From Amoebidium appalachense (taxonomy: Eukaryota; Protista; Ichthyosporea): DNA of 64,000 bases. A program made the position numbers and the translations under genes. Location of the stretch: assembly GCA_963693365.1 (NCBI GenBank), contig CAVNZM010000009.1, forward strand, positions 10,544,243-10,608,242, given 5' to 3'. Below the pieces are notes generated by a model. The model searched no databases, was not told the origin of the DNA, and worked only from the letters and a program-made list of their open reading frames with translations. Each line of letters opens with the position of its first letter. Position 1 is the stretch's first letter. Below are positions 12,881-26,057 of this stretch, piece after piece.

Positions 12881-15342
12881 ACACTCTCTCTCTCTCTGTC
12901 TCTTCACACACACACACACACTCACACTCACACTCACACTCACACCCACACTCACACTCACACTCACACTCCCTCCTCCCGCCTCCTTTTTTCCTTTTTG
13001 CACATATTGCTTGTATACATAACGGGTCATCACTCTAAAACAACATGCTTAAGGGTTACTCATACTCTAAAACAACCCATTCCAACTGCCTTTTTTGGTA
13101 TTCATTATTTTCTTACATCCATTTTACTGCATTTATTTTGACTCACGTCACACATAGTTTTCTTGCAAGTGCACCGTTATGACTTTTCATCAGAAGTTCC
13201 CACAGCATTTATTCCTTACCCACCCAGCATATATGACCATCCCCTGTCTACCCCACCTATCTTATATGCCCATCGACCCTCTACGCAACTTCCATATGAG
13301 GTCATCGACCCTCTAGCCTGCTATTAACCATATGTGGGGCTACCGTATGCCCATCGCCCATATACGGGCAATATCCTTCTGAGTAAGAATCTGCAGCACC
13401 TTCTGAGTAAGAATCTGCAGCACCTACCATATATGGTCACTTATACTATATAGGCACTAACCATCTGAGCACAGGGGCACAGCAGTGACCTTAAGCTGGA
13501 CTTCCACGGGGACAAGAACCTGATTGAGCTCAGTGGGCCCACGGTCGATATAGTGGCTGTGAAGGCTGCACTGCTGGCCATCGTCAATGATCTGGTACGT
13601 GCACGGGCATGCAGACGTGTGTCTACACAGGTATACGGTCACATGAATGTATGGTGAATGCACACACGAGCACAAAGCAGGTGGGTGTTCATGCATGTGC
13701 ACGTGCAATCAGCATTGCGTGTGCACTGTGAACCCACCAACCAATCCAACCCATGCACGTGCACACATGCTACACACACGGGCAACGTGGCCATACACAA
13801 CCAGGCTCGTTGCATCTGAACCCACCAACCATTCCAACCCATGCACGTGCACACATGCCACACACACGGGCAAAGTGGCCATACAATCAGGCTCGTTGCA
13901 TCCACGGAAGGTTCAATGGGTGCTGGGGGTGTGAAGTTTGAGAAGGCCATCTTGTGTGTGTCTTGACAAAAGGGGAGAAAGGCTTGGGTGGGGGGGGGAT
14001 GGAGGAATCTAAGGGATGTGTGTGGGTGCACAGAGGGTCAACAAGGCACGTGCGGAGGTGCATCTTGATGCGGACTACCACCGCCACATCATCGGCAAGG
14101 GGGGGCAGAACGTCAAGCGCATCAAGGAGGAGACCGGCGTGGAGGTGGGACAACCCCCCCCCCCCCCCCGGGCCCTGATGATGGGCTCTGTTTAAGTGTC
14201 TTCTGCCTGCACGCTTAAATTGTTTAATTTGGGTTTCCCACTTTTGTAGAGCTTTGTTGTTGCTCTTTGTTGTCTTCTCCATATTTCCAACCCCCTAACG
14301 CATACATCACCTCCCCCCCCCCCCCCCCCCCCCTCCCTCCCTGCTTATGACGCATACTGTGCGCATGGCTGATGTTGCATACTTGAATGTTTGCCTGGCA
14401 TGTGTCCTGCACCATGCTTCTCGTCGTGTATGCGTACTTCGTACCGTGTTCCGCATTCAAACCCCCCCTCCCTCCCCCTCTCCATGTACGCTTCATGTGT
14501 GTGTGCCTTTTTACATGTCCGCATTATGTTGTTTGTTGTGAACATGTATTGTGTACTGTGTGTATCGGATTCAGCCCAATTTCCCTGCTCACTGGTGTAA
14601 GTCGCCTTTGCTCCCATTGTTTGGTTTCCGTCTTTTCCCATTCCATTCACCAACCTGTGCTGTATTCAATCCTCTTAGCCATATGTCACTCGTTGCCAAC
14701 CCCAAAAAAAATTTAAAAATAAAAAAAAAGGAAAAACTTAGCTGTAGAGGTTTGTAAGTGCACGTGCTGTGTGTGAATGACCACGTGCACGTGCTGATGG
14801 GGGGTGCAGATCAACTTCCCCAAGGAGGACGAGCCAGGCACGGCTATCATCATCGAAGGGCCCCCGGCAGGCGTGGCTAAGGCAAAGGCAGAGATGGAGG
14901 TAGGCTCACACACACACACACACATGCACACACATGCACAGGCAACACAGAGACACACACGCACACAGAGAGAGTGCGTATGGGTGTGGGTGTGGGCGTG
15001 GCAGGGAGAAAGAGTCAGCGAGAAAAGATAAAGGGATGGATCACGCACATTCCATGGCACCCACCTCCCCCCCCCCCCCCCCCCCCCTTCCCCCCTCTTC
15101 GTACTCAAATGCTGTTACATGTCCGGTTCACACAAACCATGCCTACCATATATAGCAGCTGCCATATCGGGCACTTACCATGTATGGTGCAGGCACTAGT
15201 GGCCAAGCAGAAGGATGCCCGTGTGGTGGAGGTCAAGATCCCTCAGAAGTTCCACGGCCAGGTCATTGGCCAGAAGGGGGACGCCCTGCAGAAGGTATGT
15301 GCACGTGGGTGTGTGGGTGTGGGTGGGTGGGTGTGAATGTGT

Positions 15343-15373
<31 letters not shown>

Positions 15374-16197
15374 GGGGGGGATATGTGCACGTGTGCGTGG
15401 GTGGGCGGGTGGGTGTTTTTGGGGGGAAGGGGGGGGGTGAGCTGTGGGGGGGTGGGCGGGTGTGTATGTGTGTGAATGAGTGGTGTCCCTGCACTGTGTC
15501 TGCATGTGCGATTTGATCCGAGTGAGCTTCTTGTACACCGTGATGTGTCTGTCTGGTTGTCAGGCTGTGTACTTTGTCACTTCAGTCCAATCTGACTCTC
15601 TCACCCTCCCCCCCCCCCCCTCCCCCTCTCCTCCCCCCAACACACACACACACAGCTGCTTGAGAAGTACCCCGGGGTCAACATCAAGTTCCCGGGCAAC
15701 ACTGAGAAGAGTGACGTAGTACGTGTCAGTGGGCCCAGCAAGGAGGTCGAGGGGTGTGTGGCTGACCTCAATAAGATCTCAAATGACCTCGTAAGTAAAC
15801 ACATGCCTTCCCCCCCCCCCCCAAAGCACCCCCACACCACACCCCTCAAGGGGTGTCTCATTTCTCTCCCCAAAACTAGTTTGTTCTGCAACTGCACCAC
15901 CTGAAAATTACGTTTCTTTTTTTTTTTTTTTTTTTTTTTTTTTTGGGAAATGGTATCGATGTATAAGCCACCACGTCTTTCTAGCCTTTGCCTTTGTTCT
16001 TCGACACTGCATTATGTATGTGCAATCCGTTACAAGCTTTGGGGTGGTTTCTGCTAGACCTTGTTCTAGCCCTTACCATGCTTATCCAGTCAGCCTCGCA
16101 CCACTATCGAGAGGTGGAATCGATAGTGAGGTGGAAAGGAATATTTTTTTCTTTCCCTTTTTTTTTTTTTGTTGGTGGTGGTGGTGGTGGTGGTGGT

Positions 16198-16243
<46 letters not shown>

Positions 16244-16831
16244 AATAAAAATAAGAGTTCTCTAGATGCTCCCTGTGGTAGTGTTTCTTAACCCAACTCA
16301 TTTTTTTAACCCTTTCCCCCAGGTTGAGAACAACTACACGTTGAACGTGATTGTGTTCCGCCAGTACCACCGACAGGTGATTGGCAAGGGCGGTGCTAAC
16401 ATCAACAAGATCAGAGACGCCACAGGCACAAAGGTATGGGGGGGTTTGAAAGGGGGGAGGGGAAGGGGGAGGAGGAGTTGGAGGGAGAAGGGGGGGGGGG
16501 GGGGGGGGGGGGGGGAGGGAGGTGGAGTGTTTGCAGGAGGCTTAGGAGGGAGAAGGTGTGGGCGTGGTGACAGCTTCTCGTTTTTTCTTTCTTGTTTTTC
16601 CCTTTGTTCCCCTTGTGTTCACCTCGTGTGAGACCTCTGCAGGTGTAGGATTGAACACGTTGACTGTGTGAGGTAGGTGTTCCAGAGCAGACATCTTAAA
16701 GGGGTTTTTTTAAGTGTCCGGGTCGAATCAGACCCGATAGCGATTTAATCTTTGTGATTGGCGAGATGCGCAAGTAACATTATTTTTAGCCCGAAGAGGC
16801 CTATAAGCCGGCCCCAAAGAAACCCCCACTG

Positions 16832-16886
<55 letters not shown>

Positions 16887-17441
16887 GATTGCAGATCACG
16901 GTGCCTGATGAGAAGGAGGAGCGAGACAGCATCACTGTGGTGGGCAGAAAGCCAGACGTGCTCAAGGCCCAGGAGATGCTGCTGGCCATCCAGGCCGAGC
17001 TGGTACGTGCCCGTGCATGGTCATGCATCCAAGTGCACAGCCGTGTGTGCATGGCCACATGTGAATTGCACGGGCACACATGCGACCGGCACAAATGCAC
17101 AGGCACCTGGGCAGCCAAGCATGCACGTGCACATGTACAACTGCAAGCAGATTGTGCAGCCACGTCCTCACATGCACATAGATTGCCACGTGTTCACAAT
17201 CACCACACGTGCCCACACACGCGCGCACATGGTCGCGTACACTCCCATATGCTCACGTACACTCCCATGCTCTTCTGTACACTTGTGCACGTATTCACAC
17301 ATGTACGCGTGCAGGTGAAGATCAGCGAGGTTGAGCTCAAGATCGACGCCAAGCTGCACACACAGCTGATTGGGCCAAAGGGGGCCGTGGTGCGCAGCAT
17401 CAGCCAGGACTGCAACAACGTCATGATCGAGTTCCCCAAGG

Positions 17442-17535
<94 letters not shown>

Positions 17536-18185
17536 ACGTGCATGGAATGTGTGTGCACGTCACGTGCGATGAATGCATGTATTGGCACATGCACCCTAGG
17601 TGCTTGCACACACTGGCACGGATTCAAGTACGCACGTGTGCTGCAAGCATGGATGCACGGGGACTGGGTGCATGCAACTGCACAGGCACACACATTGCGT
17701 GTCTGTGCACGTGAAACTGTTTACGGACCAAGCGTACAGACAACTGAAATGGTACAAGCACATGCAATCACATACACGTGACCATGCATGGACGTGGATG
17801 TGTGGGATTGGATTGTATGCATGCACACAGTGAGGCGTGCACACACTTGCACACGCTGCATACATGTTTGTTCAATGCATTTAGACCTATGTGAATTCCA
17901 TGCGTGCACACATCAAGACGCACTAGACACCGACCGTTTAGCTGCACGAGCAAACACGTACGTACACATGCATGCACGTGCACACTCACATGCTCCGTGG
18001 ATTCTGTGCTGACAGTATGCACGCAGGGGAGCAGCAAGCCCAACATTGTGACTGTGCGTGGGCCCCATGATGACGTGGAGAAGGCCAAGAAGATGCTTAT
18101 GAAGCTGGCCGAGGAGAAGGTGTGTGTGTGTGTGTGCGGGTGGGTGGCTGGGTGGGTGTGTGTATGTGGGTGTGTGTGTGTGTGC

Positions 18186-18224
<39 letters not shown>

Positions 18225-18867
18225 TCAGGATGGGGGTGGAGGTGAAGGTAGGGTGAGGGTGAAAAGGTGAAGGTGAGGGGGGCGATAAGGGGAGGTGGTT
18301 TGGTGTTGAGTGGGGTGGTTAGTGGGTGGGTGTATGACTTCGCACATGATGGCGAATGTGCTTGTGCACTTGTGGGAGACAACAAGCAGGAGCTTTCTCC
18401 CCGTTCATGTTCTGACTGTGTGTGCAGGCACTTGTGTCCCACACGGAGACGGTAACGTGTGCCCCCGAGCTGATGGGGTTCCTGATCGGCAAGGAGGGTG
18501 CAAACAAGAAGAAGATCCAGGACGGTACGTGAAATGTTTTCTTGATTGCTGATGTGCACATAAACACCCTGTTTGTGTGGGGTGTGCACGTGCATCTAAA
18601 ATGTCTGGTGCAAGTGCGTGGGGTACAATGTGCACAAACACTTGGTCTGTGTTGGTATATTAACAGACACATGGCTTGTCGGCGCATCCACTCCACGCAA
18701 ACTACTCTCCTGTGTTCCTCACTTTCCACGCACATCCCCTATCCACCCCTGCCTGACCTCCGGCTTACCATACAAGTGCAACGATCATTTCTAACTGCAC
18801 TAAACCACAATCAACCATCCATCTAACCATTCGACCTCATCTCCCCCCCCCCCCCCCCCCCCCCCTC

Positions 18868-18903
<36 letters not shown>

Positions 18904-19987
18904 CCTCCACCCCCAACTTACCCCCAATCCCCATTCTATCCCCTACCACACCCCACCCCACTCTTTACCCATCCACAAAAACACACACAGAAACCGAGAC
19001 CCGTCTCCTGTTCCCAGGCAAGGCAGACGAAGAGAAATCCATCCTTATTATTGGCCGCAGAGGGAACACACTCAAAGCCAAGGAGATGCTTGAAGCGCTG
19101 ATCAAACAGCTTGAAGAGAGGGTCACTGAGAGCATGCCCATCACTGGGGACCAGCATAGGGTGTTCTATCGCAACGGCAGCAAGCTGATTAAAGAACTGC
19201 AAGATGAGCATGCTGTTAATGTCTCCGTGGCCAGGGTGAGTGGTTTGCCGGGAGAGGGGGGGGGGGGGGGAGGGGAGAGGGGTATGTGTGTGTGTGGTTG
19301 GGGGAGGGGGGGTAGGTTGGATGGTTGTGTGGTGGGTGTTGGTGTGCTTGTGGTGACGAGGTGTTATGCGCAAGGGAGAGAGGGTGAGAGGGCTGGGTAA
19401 GATCTGGGTGTCGGTCGTAAGGTTGGAGGTGGGGAGGTTGGGTGGTGGGGAAGGAGAGGTGCTCAGTAGGGTCCGTGAGCATGCCGATGTGGGTCCGAAA
19501 GACGGAGTTGACACATGATTTTTGTTCTTCTTCCTGTGTCTGTATATGTGTATGTGCACGTGTATGTGCCCATGCGTGCCTGCTGACAGCCACACACAGG
19601 ACAAGGCGTCTGTGGAGCTGCGTGGGCCCAAGGAGGGGGTGGCCAGTGCAAAGGCAAAGGTCCAGGAGATCCTCGATGAAATGGTACAAATACCAATCCA
19701 ACCCCCCCCCCCCCCCTTTAACCCCCGGCCTTTCCCACTGCCCTTGCCTGCATAAGCAACCCTGCTCGTCTCTGATCAAGACGGGTGACCTACCCATGTT
19801 CAAGTGAAACGGTATCTGAGTTGGGTTTCGTTAACGAGGTGAATAGGTCGAAACTCGGGTACTGTGGATGACGTGGGCCCCCCCTGAGGAGGGGCTCTGC
19901 TTATTATGCATACTCTTTATGTATGGCTTGCATTCTGCATCGTGTTATCCGTTTGTTCTTGTGTACTTCGTACTTTTTGACGCATTC

Positions 19988-20025
<38 letters not shown>

Positions 20026-20304
20026 CCCGCCTGCCACCACCACGACCACCACCACCACACACACACACACACATCGAGAGAGAGAGGGAGAGAGAACACA
20101 GGCTCGCGCACGCATGCATACACGCACACACAGACACACACACAAAGAGAGACAGAGAGAGAGGGAGAGAGAGAAAGAGAACACGTGTGCGCACAACATG
20201 CACACACACCTGCCTGCCTCACAGACATACACAGTCACACAAAGCAAAGATAGTCGGATGAGATGAAAACACAAAACGCCATGAAGACTCAAAGCCAAAA
20301 TCGT

Positions 20305-20362
<58 letters not shown>

Positions 20363-21063
20363 CACGTGAGGTGACTGTTGAGGTTGCCATTGCGCCGGAG
20401 CACTACGGCAGCATCATGGGCAAGGGGGGTAGTCGTATTCAGACTATCCAGGACACACACAAGGTAATGCATGTGTTCCACATGCGTGTGAATGGATGGT
20501 GGTGGGTGTCTCATGTGTGCAGTTGCTCAATTCGTGTGTGGGTGTGTGTGGCTGTGCACTTGGGATGTATGCATGTGCGCATGAACACATGGTGTGCCAG
20601 GTGTGGGCATGAATGTGTGTGTGCATGTGTTCGTGTGGGTATGGATGTGTGCCCGTGTTTGTGTGTATATGCAGGCGTGCACTTCCTCACGTGAAGTGAG
20701 CATGCATGAGCGCACGTGTTTGCGTTGGCAGAGGTGTGTGCAAGTGTTTGTTATGTGTGCATGGAATGTCACTCAATTATGTACATACATGTGTTTATGC
20801 ACGTGTTCACGTGTGCATCCAGATATACGCGTGCTCACGTCTGAATTGATGTGCGGGTGCACACACACCCGTAGCATGCTTTCAGTGTGGAGTCCTTCCT
20901 TCCATATTCTCACACGTACTTCCCAGGTGCAAGTCAAGTTCCCCCGGGCACGTGGGGAGGCAGAGGCCAGTGAGGAGGGGGAGACCTCTGAGGGCCACAT
21001 GGTGCGCATCAGCGGCGCACCGGAGAACTGCGAGGCTGCAAAGAATGACCTGCTGGTGTGTGT

Positions 21064-21094
<31 letters not shown>

Positions 21095-22015
21095 ATTCTT
21101 GTTGGAAAGGGGGCGAGGGGGGTGAGGATGTCGTGGGGTTGGTGGTGGGGGTGTTTGTGCTTTGGGAGCGCCGGAGGGGCCGCCGGAGGGGGGGGGGGGG
21201 GGGGGGGGGGGGCAAGAGAGAGCCAACGTGCTAGGCAGTCGCCACACAGGAGGGCAAGTGATGGGCACGTGCACTGACAGCACGCACGTGCAGGCGCTTG
21301 TGCCCGTGCACGTGACCATGGACATCCCCGTAGACTTCCACGGCAGCCTCATTGGCCGCGGCGGCAGGGTACGTGTCCCCCCCCCCCCCCCCCCCCCCCC
21401 CCCGCCCCCGCACACACAGACACGCACGCGCGCGCGCGCGCACACACACACACACACACATACACTCTCTTTCCCCTCCGGACCTCCCAGATGATTTAAC
21501 CCTGCCTTGTACCTTTTTGTTCCCTTTGTGCAGTGTGGGTATGTATTTTGTGCTTCATTCGTCATTCTAATATATCTCTAATAATCGTTTTCACTCTTGC
21601 CTGCACTTCCTTTCGTTTCTGATCCCCCCTCTAATCACACACACAAAGAAAAAAACAGTTTCTCCCACCTCTCCGTATTATACGTGCAAACCCCGTCTGA
21701 CCCTACCCATACCCTTAAGGTTTGTGTTGTGTACGTGCTTTCGTGGGGCATGCTGCGACCTCCTCTCTCCCAACCGACTTCTATGTATAGTTCGCTGTGT
21801 TCTATCAACGAAATGATCTGATAGGCTCCATGTCACAGGGGGCCAGCCAGCTGCGTGACGACTATGGTGTGACGCTCAAGTTCCCCTCAGCCAGCAAGGA
21901 GAGCAGTCACGTGACCCTCATTGGACCCCCCCAGGCCGTCGAGGAGGCAAAGAAATTCCTCGAGTCTAGGCTCAAGGAGATCGAGGCCGAGAGGAAAGAC
22001 CGCGTATGGACCCCC

Positions 22016-22050
<35 letters not shown>

Positions 22051-22794
22051 CCTTTCCCACTGCCCTTGCCTGCATAAGCAACCCTGCTCGTCTCTGATCA
22101 AGACGGGTGACCTACTCATGTTCAAGTGAAACAGTATCTGAGTTGGGTTTCGTTAACGAGGGGAATAGGTCGAAACTCGGGTACTGTGGATGACGTGGGC
22201 CCCCCCTGAGGATGGGCTCTGCTTATTATGCATACTCTTTATGTATGGCTTGCATTCTGCATCGTGTTATCCGTTTGTTCTTGTGTACTTCGTACTTTTT
22301 GACGCATTCAAAACCCCCCCCCCCGCCTCCCGGGGCTACCTCTCTTACACACACCATCCCTCTTTTCTTATGCAGGGTGGATTTGGGCACCCATTGAGGG
22401 TGGGCGCACCTAATGACTCTTGTGTGTGTGCTCTTTTTTTTTGGGGGGGGGGGGGGGGGGGGGGGGGGGGAATGGAAAAAATTCTGTTGTTTGTTGTGAA
22501 TGCGAACCTCATATTTTGTAAGATATCTAACCCTCCCCCTCCCTCCTGTCGGACACTTTCTCTTACACCACGTATTACAACATAGTATTTTTGTAGAGAG
22601 CTTGAACCCCTAATGATAATCATTTTCCCCTCTGACGCCATGTGACCTGCAGGAGGCCCGCAACCACCGTCTTGAGGTGACAGTTGACGGAGAGATGGTG
22701 CCAAGAATCATCGGCAAGGGGGGTCAGACCATCAACCAGATCAGAAACGAGACTGGGTGCAACATCAACATTCCAAAGGTGTGCAAAGGAGGGT

Positions 22795-22828
<34 letters not shown>

Positions 22829-25563
22829 GAAGAGGTCGATGGGTTCATGGTTCTGTGTCCTGGTTGTTAGGATGGGTGTGTTTAAAACTACAGTGCTTGT
22901 GCCGTCTTTCTGCACCAATCAGCGCAAGGCAGGCCTTTGGGATGTGATTGGTTGGCAGTTTGACTCTTTAACAGTCAATTTCTGAGTGAAGCAAACGATT
23001 CCTATATAGGCTTCCCATGGCCGGCCAATCAAATGGTTGCAAAAAGCCGACTGATGCAGAAAGACGGTGCAAGCACTGTAAGGACGAATGGCCGTGCTTC
23101 CCTTACTCTTGTGTTGTTGTGTTTGTTGGTTTGGTTTTGTGTTTTTTTTTATATATATCTTTTCTGTGTGGCAGAAGCAGGTGTTAGAGTGGTATCAGCT
23201 TTTCTTAGTCACAAACCGAGCCATGCTGTCAAACCTATTGATTCGAAGTGTATGCTATTTTTTGTTTGTTTTAGATTTAGGAGATAAAAAACCCCTGGCG
23301 GCACTGCACTGACAATATTAAACGCCCCCAGGACAAGAAGGAGGGCCCTGTGACTGTGACGCTAGTGGGCTACCCTGCAGCATGCGAGGCTGCAAAGGCC
23401 ATGATCGAAGAGCTGACAGAGGCAAACAGCCAGGGAGGGGATGTGGTCGAGGATGAAATTCAGGTGTGGGTCTGTGTGTGTGTGTGTGGTGGGGGGAGGG
23501 GAGAGGGGGGGAATTCAGATGGGGGTGTGGGTCTGTGTGTGTGTGTGGGGGGGGGGGGGGGGGGGGGGTTGAAGCTGTGTGGGTGTGTGTGTGGGGGGGG
23601 GGGGGGGTGTTGAAATTCAGGTGTGGGTGGGTGTTGGGGGAGGGGGGAGGGTGAAACTTAGATGGGGGTCTGTGTGCGTGGTGGGGGAGCAAAATTCATG
23701 TGTGTGTGTTTGTCCGTGGATGTGGTTTGATTGAGGGCCCATACATTTGGTTGAGAATGTAGTCCAGGTGGGGGTCTATACATTTGTTTGGACGTGAAAT
23801 TTAGGCAGGGTCTGTGAAGGCATTTTGTTAGAAGGTGGACTCAGGTGGGCGACCCGCAAGTGCAAGGGGGTATAAGCTCATGGGCATGGGAGAGGAGGGA
23901 CAGTTCTGGAAGAGCAAAGGGGGGGGGTCTCATTAGAAGGGGTTGTGGAGGGGGGGAGGGGGGTCTTGCGGTGTTCTTGGGTCAGAGCCGAGCGATTTCA
24001 TGCGATGTGATTTGCATAATGTACACATGCTTGTGCCGCAAGAGCCAAAAAAAAATTGGCTCACAAGAAACTCTTTTTTAAGCTCCATAACCTCTCCCCT
24101 CCTCCTCCATCCCCTCCGACTCTTTGCATTGCATATTCTTGGATAGAGACATGCAAACACAGACACAAGGAGTGTCTTTTTTTTCTGTCTCCTCATTGCC
24201 ACGTGTAGATCCTGCAATGTTGTAGGCTTTCTTGTCGACTCAGGTGACTGACACTTGCATGCAGGTTGACCACCGTGTGCATGGGCGGCTGATTGGAGCC
24301 GGGGGCAAGACGGTGATGCTTCTGAGCAAGGAGTTGGGCGTGCAGATCAAGTTCCCAAGGGTACGTGCCTGCCTTATTTGGAAATAACGTGATCTAACGC
24401 CTCACACAGACATGCCCGGCCAGAGATAAGTCTTTGACACTATTGCATCTGACACACACATACATATATGGATGCAGACACACCCCCTTTAAAAAAAAAA
24501 ATGAATAGTGTTTAGCACCGGTCCACAGACAGGGCTAAGAATGGATATATGGTACAATCGCCATAGACACAACGAGATAATCGCTTAGATAGCTTCACTG
24601 TGTATCCAACGAGAGATAAAAATACTCCATAGCCCACCTGCCACCATCACCACCACCACCACCACCACTACCCCTTTCACAGCCCTTCCCTCCTTCCATC
24701 CCCTCGCTATTTGTGTTGTGTGTGTGTGTGTGTGTGTGTGTGTGGAGCACCATGTGAATGCACACGTGACTCACACGTGCATGCAGGACAAGACGAGTGA
24801 CGTGGTGACGATCAAGGGCACACATGTGCAGGTGGAGGCTGCAAAGGACAGAATCCTGGACCTGGCCGAGGAATACGTACGTGTAACATGCATGCACGTG
24901 CACGTGCATGATGTATAGGGACAAAACAGAATGCATGCGATTGCAGAGAGGCAGAAAAATCTTTCATCATGCAGTCACAGTTGCATCCTTGCACACACAG
25001 AGGGTAGACATATGCAGTGGCTACATCAACCACAACCATTGCATAATTCCTGCCGTTTTATCTTTGCTTGTTCGTGCATCGTTGGCAAATGTGAGAGTGT
25101 TCGGCTGGAGGTGATGGTGATTGTTGCTCTGCTTGTGTGTTTGGGTGAGATCTTAGGAGAAACGTGAGATATAGAGGTGGGGTTGGTGTTCTTTTTTTTT
25201 TTTTTTTTTTGCGTGTGTGTGTGTGTGTGTGTGTGTTGGGTGTTGGGTGTGTGTGTGGGGGGGGGGGGGGGGGGGGGTGTTTACGATGTGCCTTTTTATA
25301 TGTACCAGGAGTAACTGTTTTGACAGTAGTAACATCCTTCTGACACATCTCCGTCGTTTCCTCCCCCACAGCTTCTTGAGATGGAGGAGGAAGGAGGTCT
25401 TGACGAGTATGAATACTCTGCCCCCAAGCACGAGGCTCCGGCACCCACAACCACCCCTGCACGGCAACAGGCACCCGATTTCCACGTCGACTTCCCCACC
25501 ATGTCACAGCAGGCAGGAACATCGGCTCAGGCTGGCTCATGGACACGCCGGCCTGGTATCTAG
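7954..25563 (+). CDS. HDLBP: Vigilin (multi-KH-domain RNA-binding protein, HDLBP/Scp160 family)
   Basis: 29 GT-AG exons join in frame to ~1220 codons: 7954-8014, 8411-8547, 8944-9032, 9790-9904, 10210-10332, 10911-11108, 11472-11780, 12722-12817, 13475-13594, 14034-14144, 14810-14899, 15193-15294, 15656-15790, 16323-16433, 16895-17002, 17315-17443, 18027-18119, 18428-18524, 18991-19235, 19600-19683, 20362-20463, 20927-21055, 21294-21368, 21839-22003, 22653-22778, 23332-23463, 24265-24360, 24787-24876, 25372-25563. Repeated KH GxxG loops (ILGKEG, IIGAKG, IIGKGG, VIGQKG, LIGPKG), N-terminal YADLFPALP...GAWG and C-terminal APDF..DFP..W motifs typical of vigilin. Start codon not certain; candidate ATG|gt at 7042-7044. 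Confidence 0.95.
12091..12431 (+). mobile_element. Poly-C-inserted structured retroposon-like element, copy 1 (vigilin intron)
   Basis: Near-identical to 19716-19989, 22044-22313 and 32303-32642; ends ...GACGCATTCAAAA; flanked by the direct repeat CCCCCCTTTT (12081-12090 / 12432-12441). Confidence 0.85.
14170..14461 (+). mobile_element. Diverged relative of the poly-C element (vigilin intron)
   Basis: Shares GGGCCCTGA(T/G)GATGGGCTCTG and the 3' end GTACTTCGTAC...CGCATTCAAA with the family; preceded by AA+C15 and followed by a C-run. Confidence 0.65.
19716..19989 (+). mobile_element. Poly-C element, copy 2 (5'-truncated)
   Basis: Begins at the internal CTTTAACCCCCGG and has the same 3' end; CAA+Cn on both sides. 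Confidence 0.85.
22044..22313 (+). mobile_element. Poly-C element, copy 3 (5'-truncated)
   Basis: Begins at the internal CCCCCGG fused to a long C-run; same 3' end followed by a C-run; matches copy 1 at diagnostic sites (TACTCATG, GAGGATGGG). Confidence 0.85.
22891..23078. mobile_element. MITE, Tc1/mariner-like, in a vigilin intron
   Basis: TA|CAGTGCTTGTGCCGTCTTTCTGCA ... TGCAGAAAGACGGTGCAAGCACTG|TA: ~24-31 bp TIRs starting CAGT with a TA target duplication. Confidence 0.85.
23455..23850 (+). repeat. Degenerate tandem repeat derived from an exon/intron junction (GAAATTCAG|GTG..GGTCT)
   Basis: Variants of the 23455-23472 junction recur at ~23512, 23612, 23653, 23691, 23764, 23796 and 23839. 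Confidence 0.55.
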
Positions 25564-25761
25564 AGGAGAACCAATGGATGGCAGGAGATTATAGCCTTAT
25601 AAGGCACCCAGTGGGTGCACTGTGTAGAATGGTGTGCGGGGCATTGTTTTGTATATAGATAGTGTTCTGTATGGTTTATGAGGCCAGTAGATTAGCTTGA
25701 TGATCATGAAACGTGAAATCTTAGAACCAACAAATAAATGCCTTGTCGTTTCAATCCTTGT

Positions 25762-25801
<40 letters not shown>

Positions 25802-26024
25802 TCCCTGTTGAAAGGTGCCCCTCACGATTTTCTTACGCAGTCACATTACCGGTAACGGGTTCTCCCCCCCCCCCTCACCCCCCCCAACCACCACCACGAC
25901 CACACACACACATGCACACACACGTGTACACACATACACACAACCACATACACATGTACACACACACACACACAAACACACACACCTCTCCAATAGTTTT
26001 TCTGCCTCGCTGCGCATTCAACCT

Positions 26025-26057
<33 letters not shown>

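Noticed and set aside
13376-13902. Short local duplications (~23 bp at 13376-13423; ~90 bp at 13728-13902; also ~31 bp at 35405-35467)
   Set aside because: Ordinary slippage duplications in non-coding DNA.
16700-16828. Possible small MITE in a vigilin intron
   Set aside because: Inverted ends match too poorly and no TSD is evident.
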